Below, piece by piece: positions 36,694 to 46,750 of a stretch of 64,000 bases of DNA. The stretch is from NCBI GenBank assembly GCA_965207375.1, contig OZ242274.1, forward strand, positions 1,092,905-1,156,904, given 5' to 3'. Source of the stretch: Nitrosopumilaceae archaeon. GTDB lineage: Archaea; Thermoproteota; Nitrososphaeria; Nitrososphaerales; Nitrosopumilaceae. Below the pieces are notes generated by a model. It made no database searches. It had not been told where the DNA came from and saw only the letters and a list, made by a program, of their open reading frames with translations. The position numbers and the translations under genes were made by a program. How positions within the stretch are numbered: position 1 is the stretch's first letter; each line of letters starts with the position of its first letter.

Positions 36694-38442
36694 TTAAGCC
36701 ACTTTGTTTTGTCCCTTGTACAGCGTTATGATCTCTTGGTTGGTAGAGGCATCCTCTGCAGCCTTTTCTAGCCTTATTTTTCCTGTAAACTTTGGAAATC
36801 GTAGTGCTAGACCACTGTCTTTTCTGATCGCATTTAATGCTGCCTTGTGTATTGGACTCAGTGTGATCTCAGATGCTACTATCTCAATTACTAGTTCGGG
36901 CTCAAACCAAACGTCTGGCTCCATCTCGCTTTGTATTCTGGGATTTTTTTTAATTGTTACCTTACCTGAGAGTATCTGATATAGCTGATCTAAATATTCG
37001 TCTGTGAATCCTGTGCCTACCTTGCATGTGCTTGGAAACGTATCTGTTGTGTCATCATAGGCTGCTAAAAGCAGTGTTCCGTATTTTCCAGTTCTTCGAC
37101 CTTTTCCAAAAAAGGCTCCAATTACTACTAGATCTAGACTATCTCCAAGCTCATTTCTATACTCTCGTTTTAACTTGAGCCAGTTGTTTCCCCTTGCACC
37201 TGCCTTGTATTTTGCATCGAGCTGTTTTAACATCAATCCTTCACATCCTGCATTGATGCTGTTTTCCAAAAACTCTTCAATTTCATTTTCGTTAGTCACT
37301 GTGGTCATAGTTACATGCTTTGCGTATGCATCCTCCGTAATTATATTTTCTAGAATCTTTCGCCTCTCCTGATATCCTAATTCCAAGCAACTTTTTCCAT
37401 TTTGATACAGCACATCAAAGAAATTGACCGTAATTGGATATTGTGTCACTGCCTTTTCTATTCCGTACTTTCTTCTCCGATGCATTAGCTCCTGAAACGG
37501 CAGAAATTTCCCATTGCTCTCATTTATGGCAACTGCCTCTGCCTCCAAAATCACACTGTCTGCCTTTAGAGCTTTTGGAATTTTTTCTACGATATCTGGA
37601 TAGTAACTAGTTATGTTTTCCAAACTTCTTGAAAACAAAATCACCCTTTCTTTTTGTACGTGTATCTGCACCCTCTCACCATCTAGTTTGTATTCTGCAG
37701 CAAAATTGCTGCCCATTTTTTCAATTGCTTCAGATTCGCTTTTGACCCTTTCTGCCAACATCGGTCTGATTGGATTAAATACTGTTATTTGGAATTCCTG
37801 TAATCCTGCTAGTCCTTTCTCAGAAATTACCTCTGCAACTTTACCCAAATCACTTGACACGTTGTAGGCCTGTTCCAAAATATTCCTATTTGATTTTTCA
37901 CCCGTATGTGCTATTGCTAATGCATCCATTACTGTATTTTCTGCAATGCCTAATCGTAGTGTTCCAAGAAGTAGTTTTAAAATGAATCGTGATTCTGTAG
38001 GTGTTGCATCGTTTAACAGGCTAGATATGTACTTGATTTTCATGTCTTGGGATTTGGCACCTTCAAGCTTTGCTATTTTGAGCAACGTCTCATAGACTCG
38101 TTCTACTGTGATATCTTCGATGACAAATGTGGTCTGGGTTTTTTGTTCTAGTATTATTGCTGATGCGATTCCCAAATCCCCACTTTTTGCATATGTGTCA
38201 TTTATTTTTTTTATGGGGATGCCAGATGATTTTGAGACTGCTTTGATAGCAAACCTTTCTGCTACTCCTAGTTCGACTCCTTCAAAATCTGGTCTTAGCT
38301 TTCCCTGTATCATGTATACTATCTTTGAAATCATTTGTGTGGGTGTCTTTTCAAATAATTCTACTAAGTACTGTGTAAGCTCTGTTCTTTTTTTAGTATT
38401 TTCCATCTTTTCAAATGTAATAGCAAGAACAGAAAACTCCAC
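36694..38442 (-). CDS. lig: ATP-dependent DNA ligase
   Basis: Adenylation motif AEYKLDGERVQIH plus EGLMLK and LDLVVIGAFFGKGRRTG motifs. Confidence 0.95.
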   Translation of the reverse strand: MEFSVLAITFEKMENTKKRTELTQYLVELFEKTPTQMISKIVYMIQGKLRPDFEGVELGVAERFAIKAVSKSSGIPIKKINDTYAKSGDLGIASAIILEQKTQTTFVIEDITVERVYETLLKIAKLEGAKSQDMKIKYISSLLNDATPTESRFILKLLLGTLRLGIAENTVMDALAIAHTGEKSNRNILEQAYNVSSDLGKVAEVISEKGLAGLQEFQITVFNPIRPMLAERVKSESEAIEKMGSNFAAEYKLDGERVQIHVQKERVILFSRSLENITSYYPDIVEKIPKALKADSVILEAEAVAINESNGKFLPFQELMHRRRKYGIEKAVTQYPITVNFFDVLYQNGKSCLELGYQERRKILENIITEDAYAKHVTMTTVTNENEIEEFLENSINAGCEGLMLKQLDAKYKAGARGNNWLKLKREYRNELGDSLDLVVIGAFFGKGRRTGKYGTLLLAAYDDTTDTFPSTCKVGTGFTDEYLDQLYQILSGKVTIKKNPRIQSEMEPDVWFEPELVIEIVASEITLSPIHKAALNAIRKDSGLALRFPKFTGKIRLEKAAEDASTNQEIITLYKGQNKVA

Positions 38443-38479
38443 TTTGATTTTTTACCGTACCTTAAATAAAAGTCTGAAT

Positions 38480-38890
38480 CTATATGTATCTGAAAATGGT
38501 TCTTTTTTCTGATTTTTTGTCGTCTGTTACTAGTGCAAAGTTGCATAGTGGATAGCTCTTTTTGTATTGTTTCATAAAGCTCCATGCTACATCGTGTGTT
38601 TTAAATTCGGTACGGATTCCATCGATTTTTGACTCTTTACCATATACATCAAATACTACTATTGCATACTTTTTAGGTCTATTGTGCGGTCTTGCCTTCA
38701 ATAACCATGCCAATGCAAACACAAACACTGCAACTAGCACCACCGTCTCTCCTGCATATTTGAAAAATGACATTACAACATTTGGAATTGTCTGTCCAAA
38801 CAGGTGACCTACCGAATATGAGAATGAAATCACTGCAACTACAGTAATCAGATATGTCTTGAGATCAAATAGCTGAGAAAACCAAACCAT
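38480..38890 (-). CDS. Hypothetical membrane protein (136 aa)
   Basis: Two N-terminal TM helices and a basic C-terminal soluble domain. Confidence 0.55.
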   Translation of the reverse strand: MVWFSQLFDLKTYLITVVAVISFSYSVGHLFGQTIPNVVMSFFKYAGETVVLVAVFVFALAWLLKARPHNRPKKYAIVVFDVYGKESKIDGIRTEFKTHDVAWSFMKQYKKSYPLCNFALVTDDKKSEKRTIFRYI

Positions 38891-39380
38891 GTATAATCTG
38901 TATATCTGCTCTTCTTTTAACCTTTTTTTGTATTATCCTCTAATTTGTTCCAGAAATTACAGTACGCACCAGTCAAACAACGCCTGTTGATCTCACCATG
39001 ATGGACATGCCATGTCTGATTCTATTCAAACATAGATGTAGAATCCAAGTTTACCATAGGATCTAGCAACTTGTAATTTCATTGAGTTATAGTGTTGTAG
39101 GATCTGATGATGTGTGCCATATTTGTTGAGGCATCAAAACTGTCCGCCCACTATGCCAAATGGATCAAGTTTGTAAAGTGTAATGTCTGAATTAAATCTC
39201 AGTTTTTGCATTTCTTTATGCCGAGTCTTTACAAGACAAACTATAATCTTGTAAATTGATTTTTTTACACACAAAACATCTGAAATTTTCCAATCAAATT
39301 ATATGTGCAGTTTAATAGATTGGATTTTTATTCATATTCGAGCAGGGCAAGATTCTTGTGATTTTAAGGTATGGTGCAGT

Positions 39381-40517
39381 CTAGTCAGGATCTTCGTAAT
39401 TTTGCTTTCTGTTTTCTGTGTCTTGCGCTCCCTCCACAGGCTTCATCTTTGATTTTAGCACGTCCATTCTTGCCTTGTAGCCTTCTGCATATTCTAGTTC
39501 GGATGGAACAAGAGTTGCCGGATGAATAAAACCCTGACTTCTAATTGAAAGTGCTTTCTTTGTAGCTATTTCTCTTATATAATCCCAGTCTGGAGTAGAA
39601 AATCCATCAAACGGTCCGGTAAGTTTTCCGTTGTGCATGCTAAACACAAGTGATTCCACAATTGGAATGCAAAAATCAATTGTAGCTGCCGAGTTTAGTT
39701 TTACTGGCATTAGTGGCATGTTATGACTTCCCCGTGTGTTACCTGCAACATAGTGTGGATTGTTAAACACACTTCCTGCCTCCTCGGTTGCAGGAAATCT
39801 CTTTTGAGTTCTTACAATACAAATTGGATCATCTTTTCCAACGTATGTTCCTGCTATGTTGTGTAGTCTGTCAGTTGATGCTGCAACAATTGGTTCACCG
39901 TCTTTGGTTGTAATTGTATCTACAACATATCTTCCCGGATACATCAACGCTGCCTCAATTGTAGGTTTGTCCTCCCATAACAACAGTTCTGCAACCTCTC
40001 CTTTTTCTACGTCCATGATGTTGATTTTGACTCCTTCTGCAAGTGATTTGTTTACAATTAATCCCGTGTTACTTAGTCCGTCAACGAACATTCTATAAAA
40101 TGGATAGTTAAACGCGCCAGGCTCTGTTTTATCTGCTGCAAATACTGTAAATGCTTCATTTGGTCTTTCTTCAAACTCCATTTCAGCCACACCTGGTCCC
40201 ATACCCTTGATGTTTCCTGAGAATGAATCCTTTAGCAAATCCTGCCCTGCACCGTACAGTCCCTCCTCTTTTGCAACTTGGGTACCTGCCATGAATGCAT
40301 CCCATGCTAGTTTGTGTATTTGTTGGTTTTGTACCCCACTAGTATGTGTCAAAAGAATATGAACATCATCACCACAATATCCTATGTATCTGTCAATCCA
40401 CAACTCTGAGCTGCCATCAACGATTTTTTTTACTGCGTCTAATAGTCCGTCACTTGGCCTTGTATGGCCGCCGATTCCGCCCACATCTGCCTTGATAACT
40501 GATACGGTAATTTTCAT
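39381..40517 (-). CDS. fbp: Bifunctional fructose-1,6-bisphosphate aldolase/phosphatase (class V FBPase)
   Basis: N-terminus MKITVSVIKADVGGIGGHTRP and overall length are typical of the archaeal type V enzyme. Confidence 0.95.
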   Translation of the reverse strand: MKITVSVIKADVGGIGGHTRPSDGLLDAVKKIVDGSSELWIDRYIGYCGDDVHILLTHTSGVQNQQIHKLAWDAFMAGTQVAKEEGLYGAGQDLLKDSFSGNIKGMGPGVAEMEFEERPNEAFTVFAADKTEPGAFNYPFYRMFVDGLSNTGLIVNKSLAEGVKINIMDVEKGEVAELLLWEDKPTIEAALMYPGRYVVDTITTKDGEPIVAASTDRLHNIAGTYVGKDDPICIVRTQKRFPATEEAGSVFNNPHYVAGNTRGSHNMPLMPVKLNSAATIDFCIPIVESLVFSMHNGKLTGPFDGFSTPDWDYIREIATKKALSIRSQGFIHPATLVPSELEYAEGYKARMDVLKSKMKPVEGAQDTENRKQNYEDPD

Positions 40518-40647
40518 GTAGTGACTAGTTTTCCCTTTGATTTATGTGTAAGTTCCGTTTTTTGCTGTACCACAAGAATTTCAAAATAATGGCGTTTTTA
40601 TTGTAAAAATCGGAAAGGTAATAAATGCCTTCTAATACGAGGTGTGT

Positions 40648-41946
40648 ATGGCAGATAAAGACCACCTGAACTTGATAGTTACAGGACATATTGATAATGG
40701 CAAGTCCACAACCATGGGACACTTTTTAATGGATCTCGGCGTTGTAGATGAGAGAACAATAGCAGCACATGCAACTGAATCCGAGAAGACCGGAAAAGGT
40801 GACACATTCAAGTACGCTTGGGTTATGGATAATATCAAAGATGAAAGGGAAAGAGGTATTACAATTGATCTTGCATTTCAAAAATTTGAAACTCCAAAAT
40901 ACTTTTTTACATTAATTGATGCTCCAGGTCACCGGGATTTCATCAAAAACATGATTACAGGCGCATCTGAGGCAGATGCTGCAGTATTGGTACTTTCTGC
41001 AAAAGAAGGAGAAACTGACACTGCAATTGCAGCAGGCGGTCAGGCAAGAGAGCACGCATTTCTGCTCAAGACTTTGGGTGTAAGCCAGATTATCGTTGCA
41101 ATCAACAAGATGGATGATGGCAACTATTCTGAGGAATCATTCAAACTTGCCAAAGAAAAAGGCGAAAAGCTAGTAAAATCCGTAGGTTACAAACTAGATC
41201 AGGTACCGTTTATTCCAGTTTCTGGATGGAAAGGTGACAATTTGGTAAAAAAGTCAGAGAATATGTCGTGGTATACAGGTAAAACACTGTTAGAGGCATT
41301 TGATGACTTTACCGTTGCAGAAAAACCTGTAGGAAAGCCATTACGTGTTCCAATTCAAGACGTTTACACAATTACCGGTGTAGGAACAGTTCCAGTAGGA
41401 AGGGTTGAAACCGGCATCATGAAACCAAATGACAAAATTATCGTAATGCCATCTGGTGCAGTGGGTGAAATCAAATCTATAGAGACACATCATACACAAC
41501 TACCGTCTGCATCTGCTGGTGACAACATTGGTTTTAACCTTAGAGGTATCGAGAAAAAGGATATCAAAAGAGGTGATGTCATGGGAACTCCTGATAATCC
41601 GCCAAAGGTAGCAAAAGAATTCAAAGCCCAGATTATAGTCATACATCATCCAACGGCAATTGCACCAGGATACACTCCTGTAATGCACTGTCATACATCT
41701 CAGGTGGCAGCAACTGTAACAGAGTTTCTTGCCAAGATTAATCCTGCAACCGGTGCAAGCGATGAAGAAAATCCAAAATTCCTCAAAGTTGGCGACTCTG
41801 CAATCGTAAAGATTAGACCTGTAAGACCTACTCCGATTGAAACATTCCAAGAGTATCCGGAGATGGGCAGATTTGCTCTCAGAGACATGGGCGCAACCAT
41901 TGCAGCCGGAATTGTCAAGGAAGTTACCGAAGAGCACAAACCCTAG
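40648..41946 (+). CDS. tuf: Translation elongation factor EF-1 alpha
   Basis: GHIDNGKST, DAPGHRDF, and NKMD motifs. The ATG at 40648 is preceded by GAGGTG and a TAATAAAT box. The track starts 6 nt earlier at a GTG. Confidence 0.95.
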   Translation: MADKDHLNLIVTGHIDNGKSTTMGHFLMDLGVVDERTIAAHATESEKTGKGDTFKYAWVMDNIKDERERGITIDLAFQKFETPKYFFTLIDAPGHRDFIKNMITGASEADAAVLVLSAKEGETDTAIAAGGQAREHAFLLKTLGVSQIIVAINKMDDGNYSEESFKLAKEKGEKLVKSVGYKLDQVPFIPVSGWKGDNLVKKSENMSWYTGKTLLEAFDDFTVAEKPVGKPLRVPIQDVYTITGVGTVPVGRVETGIMKPNDKIIVMPSGAVGEIKSIETHHTQLPSASAGDNIGFNLRGIEKKDIKRGDVMGTPDNPPKVAKEFKAQIIVIHHPTAIAPGYTPVMHCHTSQVAATVTEFLAKINPATGASDEENPKFLKVGDSAIVKIRPVRPTPIETFQEYPEMGRFALRDMGATIAAGIVKEVTEEHKP

Positions 41947-41956
41947 GTTGAGTTAG

Positions 41957-42265
41957 TTGCCTCAATCTGCCCGAATCAAACTCACAAGCACTAGTCTTCC
42001 TAAACTAGATGGTGTTTGTGGCGAGATTATGGGTATTGGTAAAAAAACCGGTGTCAAGGTCAAAGGTCCAACTCCGCTTCCTGTTAAAAAATTACATGTG
42101 GCTACCAGAAAATCTCCCTGTGGCAGCGGTACTGAAACCTATGAAAAATGGGAAATGAGAATGCACAGAAGAATTATTGACATTAATGCAGATGACAAAG
42201 CAATACGACAGTTAATGAGATTAAAAATACCTGATGACGTCTATATTGAACTGTCATTGACATAG
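41957..42265 (+). CDS. rps10: 30S ribosomal protein S10
   Basis: ARIKLTSTSLPKLDGVC...KGPTPLPVKKL...RMHRRIIDI matches the S10 pattern. It follows tuf, as in most archaea. Confidence 0.9.
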   Translation: MPQSARIKLTSTSLPKLDGVCGEIMGIGKKTGVKVKGPTPLPVKKLHVATRKSPCGSGTETYEKWEMRMHRRIIDINADDKAIRQLMRLKIPDDVYIELSLT

Positions 42266-42277
42266 GAGAGAAAAAAA

Positions 42278-42469
42278 ATGTCCGAAGAGTCTATTGAAAC
42301 ACAAGAGCCGCAAACTGAAACCTTTGATGTGATTTATTCGTGCCTGAGATGTGGTACAAATGTTTCTAATAACGAACTAAACAGACTACCTGAAATCAAA
42401 TGCATCTGTGGATTTAGGGTATTTACCAAAGTCAGGCCACCTGTTGTAAAGTCAGTCAAGGCAGTCTGA
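42278..42469 (+). CDS. rpoP: DNA-directed RNA polymerase subunit P (Rpo12/RPABC4-like zinc ribbon)
   Basis: YSCLRCGTNV...IKCICGFRVFTKVRPP is a Cys4 ribbon with the conserved F.K.RP tail. Confidence 0.65.
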   Translation: MSEESIETQEPQTETFDVIYSCLRCGTNVSNNELNRLPEIKCICGFRVFTKVRPPVVKSVKAV

Positions 42470-42470
42470 G

Positions 42471-42674
42471 TTATCTGTCTTTTTTGTAACTGTGATTTTT
42501 TTGTAAATGAGTTCTCATATCCTGCATATTTGAAAAATTTTTACCGCATTTTTTGCAATCATATGGATTGTTTTTGTAATGAACCACCTGCATATGTTGC
42601 ATTAACTGCTCCTTTTGTGAAAATTTTAATTGGCACAGATTACATTGATGTTTTTTAAACGGCCACATGTTCAT
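42471..42674 (-). CDS. Tandem C2H2 zinc-finger protein (67 aa)
   Basis: Two C-x2-C-x12-H-x4-H fingers (CNLCQLKFSQKEQLMQHMQVVH and CKKCGKNFSNMQDMRTHLQKNH) joined by YKNNPYDC. Confidence 0.8.
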   Translation of the reverse strand: MNMWPFKKHQCNLCQLKFSQKEQLMQHMQVVHYKNNPYDCKKCGKNFSNMQDMRTHLQKNHSYKKDR

Positions 42675-43081
42675 CCGTGTTTTGCCTTTTGTTCATCCCA
42701 ACACGTCCTGCACATTTGGCCTTCTATCTTCCATTTTGGTTTTGGATTGTACCTGATCAATCCAATCTTGCCATTACACATTACGCAAAAGTTCTTTTTT
42801 TCATGATACATTGACTCTTTTTTATCAAAGCATTGCTTGCACAGTAGGCCGTCCATGTCCCACTGCCATCTAGGCTCCCACAACTCTGAAATTTTCTGTG
42901 TTGTACCGCACATCTTACACGGTTGTCTTACCTTTGCCTCGTAGAATTCCTTGGATTTGTCAACATGACAGTTGCCGCACAATTTGCCTTTGATATTCCA
43001 CTCTCTTTTTGGCTTGTGCTTGTGGGTCAATTCCTTTTTACAAATTGCACAGTACTCTACTTTTTTGCTAAAGAGGCCCAT
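42671..43081 (-). CDS. Protein with three tandem Cys4 zinc-ribbon repeats (136 aa)
   Basis: The pattern C-x2-C-x15-17-W-x-[IM]-x-G-x2-C-x2-C occurs three times. 4-nt ATGA overlap with the C2H2 gene. Confidence 0.7.
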   Translation of the reverse strand: MGLFSKKVEYCAICKKELTHKHKPKREWNIKGKLCGNCHVDKSKEFYEAKVRQPCKMCGTTQKISELWEPRWQWDMDGLLCKQCFDKKESMYHEKKNFCVMCNGKIGLIRYNPKPKWKIEGQMCRTCWDEQKAKHG

Positions 43082-43136
43082 AATATCACTTGTTTACATC
43101 TGATTAAAAATGATTTTGGATTGGGGTTATGTAGAT

Positions 43137-43262
43137 CTAAACTAAGTTTTCTTGATGCGGTGAGGCGTTTTGAATAAGTGTAAATTTACTTGTTCCTATT
43201 ATCTGAGATGCACTGCCCTTTGTAGCTAGTATCTGTTTTGCTTTTTTGGTTCTTGCATTCAT
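43137..43262 (-). CDS. Small ORF (41 aa) with a strong Shine-Dalgarno-like sequence
   Basis: MNARTKKAKQILATKGSASQIIGTSKFTLIQNASPHQENLV, with GAGGTGAT 6 nt upstream of the ATG. No family recognised. Confidence 0.3.
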   Translation of the reverse strand: MNARTKKAKQILATKGSASQIIGTSKFTLIQNASPHQENLV

Positions 43263-43408
43263 TGAACCATCACCTCACAAATTATAGTATAAAATAACGA
43301 GGATTAAGGCGTGAAAATGCAAAGTATGAGTACATGTCAAAAATAATATATTTTCAGGTTTGTATATCACCAACAGAATCCTAGATTCAAAACAAAAAGA
43401 AACAACGA

Positions 43409-43534
43409 CTAGGAGTCGTCAAGAATTTTCTCAATTGCTTGGCTTGCATTTAGCATACCCTGCTGTTTTGCAAATTCTTCGATCATTTTGTATTGCTCAT
43501 TTGTAAAGCAAATTGGCATCAAGCGTTTTACCAT
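43409..43534 (-). CDS. Small ribbon-helix-helix-like protein (41 aa)
   Basis: MVKRLMPICFTNEQYKMIEEFAKQQGMLNASQAIEKILDDS fits a beta-strand/helix/helix CopG-like pattern. ATTAAATAAA lies ~20 nt upstream of the ATG. Confidence 0.4.
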   Translation of the reverse strand: MVKRLMPICFTNEQYKMIEEFAKQQGMLNASQAIEKILDDS

Positions 43535-43704
43535 GTGTTGACTGGACCTCTTTATTTAATATGCTTTATGATTGCAATTTATGTATGAAAAAATCAGGTC
43601 TGTTTTGAATTTTTCTGATCTGCAAGTGTAATGTTCTGTACCAAAATGTGGCCCGAGTCTTTATTGCTTTGATAGAATTTTATACCTATGTTTAACAGCC
43701 AAAA

Positions 43705-44946
43705 TTGTTGAGTAAAGTAAAGAATCCAAAGCTTGCAAAACAGGGGAGAATTTCATACGAATGGGCTCGCTCTCATATGCAAATATTGGATAATACGATT
43801 AATCGGTTAAAAAAATCAAAGCCTCTAAAGGGTGTAACTGTGGGATTTTGTCTTCATATAACCAAAGAAACATCGGTTCTTCTTTTGGGTGCAAAGGAGC
43901 TAGGTGCAAACGTTGCAGCATGTGGTGGAAATCCGCTGACCACCCAGGATGATGTTGCTGCATTTTTGAGCTCACAAGGAATTCACGTTTATGCTTGGAA
44001 CAATCAGACCGATGCAGAATATGATTGGTGTATAGGCCAAGTTCTAAATCACAAACCTGATATTCTTACAGATGACGGGGCAGACATGAATGTCAAGGCT
44101 CATTTTGATAAAAAATACAAGGATCTTAATATTTTGGGTGCAACTGAGGAAACCACTGCGGGTGTTACTAGAATCAATGCGATGGCAAATCAGGGACGAT
44201 TACAATATCCTGTAATTTTGGTAAATGATGCTCACACAAAACACATGTTTGATAATAGATACGGCACCGGTCAAAGTACCATTGATGGATATCTTCGTGC
44301 CATGAATTTACTGATTGCAACAAAGCGCGTGGTAATAGTTGGTTATGGGTGGGTAGGAAAAGGTGTTGCCTCTAGATTTGCTGGTATGGGCGGTAAGGTA
44401 ATTGTTACCGAAGTTGATCCAGTAAAGGCATTAGAGGCCCACATGGATGGCTTTGAGGTTATGACAATGTCTGATGCTGCAAAAATTGGAGATATTTTTG
44501 TCACTTGTACGGGAATGACAAGTGTAATTCGCAAGGAGCACATTTTAAAAATGAAGGATGGTGCAATCATGGGAAATGTGGGACACTTTGATGTCGAAAT
44601 TGATACCAAATTCCTTTTAACAAAATCCAAATCCGTAAAAGAAACAAGACCCAATCTTGATGAATGTGTGCTTTCCAATAAAAAACGTGTCTATCTTATT
44701 GGAAAAGGAAGGCTAGCAAACCTAGTTGCAGCCGAAGGCCATCCCCCCGAAGTCATGGCCCAATCATTTTCTAATCAAATACTATCCATACTGTACATTC
44801 TAAAAAATCACAAAAAGATGGAAAATAAGGTGATTAATGTGCCTCAAGAGATTGACGTCCAAGTTGCAAGGGATGCACTCAAAGCAATGAATGTAAAAAT
44901 TGATAGACTGACCCCTGAACAGATAAAGTATGCCAATAGCTGGTAA
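43705..44946 (+). CDS. ahcY: Adenosylhomocysteinase
   Basis: NAD-binding GYGWVGKGVA, DDGADM, and GHFDVEID motifs. Confidence 0.95.
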   Translation: MLSKVKNPKLAKQGRISYEWARSHMQILDNTINRLKKSKPLKGVTVGFCLHITKETSVLLLGAKELGANVAACGGNPLTTQDDVAAFLSSQGIHVYAWNNQTDAEYDWCIGQVLNHKPDILTDDGADMNVKAHFDKKYKDLNILGATEETTAGVTRINAMANQGRLQYPVILVNDAHTKHMFDNRYGTGQSTIDGYLRAMNLLIATKRVVIVGYGWVGKGVASRFAGMGGKVIVTEVDPVKALEAHMDGFEVMTMSDAAKIGDIFVTCTGMTSVIRKEHILKMKDGAIMGNVGHFDVEIDTKFLLTKSKSVKETRPNLDECVLSNKKRVYLIGKGRLANLVAAEGHPPEVMAQSFSNQILSILYILKNHKKMENKVINVPQEIDVQVARDALKAMNVKIDRLTPEQIKYANSW

Positions 44947-45035
44947 ATCTACCCATGCCTTTTCATGTGATGTCGTTATTGTCTAGTCGTGTAATTGTGC
45001 TTTGAATTTACCTGATAATGCCCTGTACTGTCAAA

Positions 45036-46076
45036 TCATTTTTCTGCCTGATCTTTGTAGTTTATGCTGTCAGTGACTATTCTATATGCCTCATGTGCAG
45101 CAGCTTTAATTTTTTCTAAATCTAATTCCTTGTCACAAAACTGCCCACTTTTAACAGGAAAAAACACGTCATATTCTTTTTCGACATTTGTGTTTTGTAT
45201 ACATTGAATCTTTATGTCTCCGCTAGTTAATCCAACGTAACATTTTGCTTTTTGATCATACTCTGATATTGTTGCTGCATCCTCAAATGCCTGTACCAGT
45301 CGAGTCCTGCCTGTTTCATGTTGGAATTTACCGTATTGTTTTGTTCTATATGCAATTGCTTCATACAGCATATACATTGGATTTGTAACTCCGCCTTGTT
45401 CAGACCTTTTATATACGTCTGGGGCATCTATGATACATTGGTAATGTCCTACCATGTATGAACACGTACTGGAAATATTCCAAAAACCTGATTTGCTGAT
45501 TATGCAAGAAAGTGGTGCCACAAATTGTGATTTTTCTGATGCAGGTGCAATCATTATTCCTCTCTTTTTACTCATTCCTACAATGTATGGAGTTTGGTAC
45601 ATTTCTGACATCTTTTTAGCATCCTCTAATACGCCTACAAGTTGAAATCTACCTTCACTGAGAAATCCTATTTCTCCATAGTCTATTATGCCGTGTATCA
45701 GGGCATCTTGTACCTTTGCAATCATTTCATGTATCGTGTAACGTGCATAAGCAACATTGTCCCCAAATTCTTTTTCAGTGTTTGAATGTTTTTTAGAATC
45801 TTTGACAGGATGTACACTACACACAAATACAGAACTTGGGCGTTTTCTTGAATCAAATACGATTACCTTCTGATCATGACTTATTCCTATACAGTACGTT
45901 GTATTGTCCTGTATGGCCAAATTTGCCGTATCCTCAAGCACATCTTTGATTTTATCGTATGTCCATGAAGAATCAAGTCTACCGTATGTTTTCATGATGT
46001 CGTATGTGTTGTGTCTTATTTTATAGTGTATTGGTACGTACCCCATTACAAGGATACTTGCATTCATACAAGTCAA
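45036..46076 (-). CDS. Hypothetical protein with a threefold internal repeat (346 aa)
   Basis: Three ~105-aa modules each contain YG-x9-11-[VL]x[VA][LF]ED[AT]-x8-10-Y[CIV][IV]G[ILM][ST]. Confidence 0.65.
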   Translation of the reverse strand: MTCMNASILVMGYVPIHYKIRHNTYDIMKTYGRLDSSWTYDKIKDVLEDTANLAIQDNTTYCIGISHDQKVIVFDSRKRPSSVFVCSVHPVKDSKKHSNTEKEFGDNVAYARYTIHEMIAKVQDALIHGIIDYGEIGFLSEGRFQLVGVLEDAKKMSEMYQTPYIVGMSKKRGIMIAPASEKSQFVAPLSCIISKSGFWNISSTCSYMVGHYQCIIDAPDVYKRSEQGGVTNPMYMLYEAIAYRTKQYGKFQHETGRTRLVQAFEDAATISEYDQKAKCYVGLTSGDIKIQCIQNTNVEKEYDVFFPVKSGQFCDKELDLEKIKAAAHEAYRIVTDSINYKDQAEK

Positions 46077-46415
46077 TACGGGGGAGAAAACTCATGGTAA
46101 AAAGCAAGTTTATTCCAGGACCAAAGGGGTAATTCGTATAGATCTCACACATGAAATTGAAAACGAATTGAAGAAATCATTTCTAAATAAAAAAGACATC
46201 CGTATCCACATCAGCCCATGATTCCCCATTCAAAGAATGGTCAAAGGGGTTCGAATACAGATGTTAATAGTACGTTGAGATGGTATATTTGTTTATTGGT
46301 GGATGTGGCACTGCCCACATTTTTTTCAACAAAGGTACAAACTCTGGTAGTAAATTTTTCATGTATGTTCAAAAACTAAATAGAATCATATGAGACCTGA
46401 ATGTGTACCTACTTT

Positions 46416-46601
46416 CTATTGCCGTCCGTTTTTTGAATAAAACAAGTAAAAACTCCACAAAAACACGCCAATCATGGCAGCGCCTGTAATGTATGCAAAA
46501 TTGAATCCATCATCGAGACTATCCTCGTTGTATGTGTTGATTACAAATGTAAGAATCAACAACATTGCCCCAATTAGCATTAACCTCCTGTGGGCTTGCA
46601 T
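46416..46601 (-). CDS. Small membrane protein (61 aa, two TM helices)
   Basis: Two hydrophobic segments (LMLIGAMLLILTFVI and ITGAAMIGVFLWSFYLF). Confidence 0.45.
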   Translation of the reverse strand: MQAHRRLMLIGAMLLILTFVINTYNEDSLDDGFNFAYITGAAMIGVFLWSFYLFYSKNGRQ

Positions 46602-46750
46602 ATGTGACTAGTTACTTGTTTGTATATTAATTAAACAAAATTTGGCGTGTATGTGGTACCAAAATCATTTAACATTCCTGTCAGGATGCAAATTACTTGA
46701 AACTATCAACAAAACAAACTTCTTAACCCTAAATTTTCTGCAAGATACAG

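Noticed and set aside
46239-46262. GGGGTTCGAAT, resembling a tRNA T-loop, with a similar AAAGGGGTAATTCG about 110 nt upstream
   Set aside because: The flanks do not pair into a T-stem, and no acceptor, D or anticodon arms can be drawn. No tRNA gene was found anywhere in the window.
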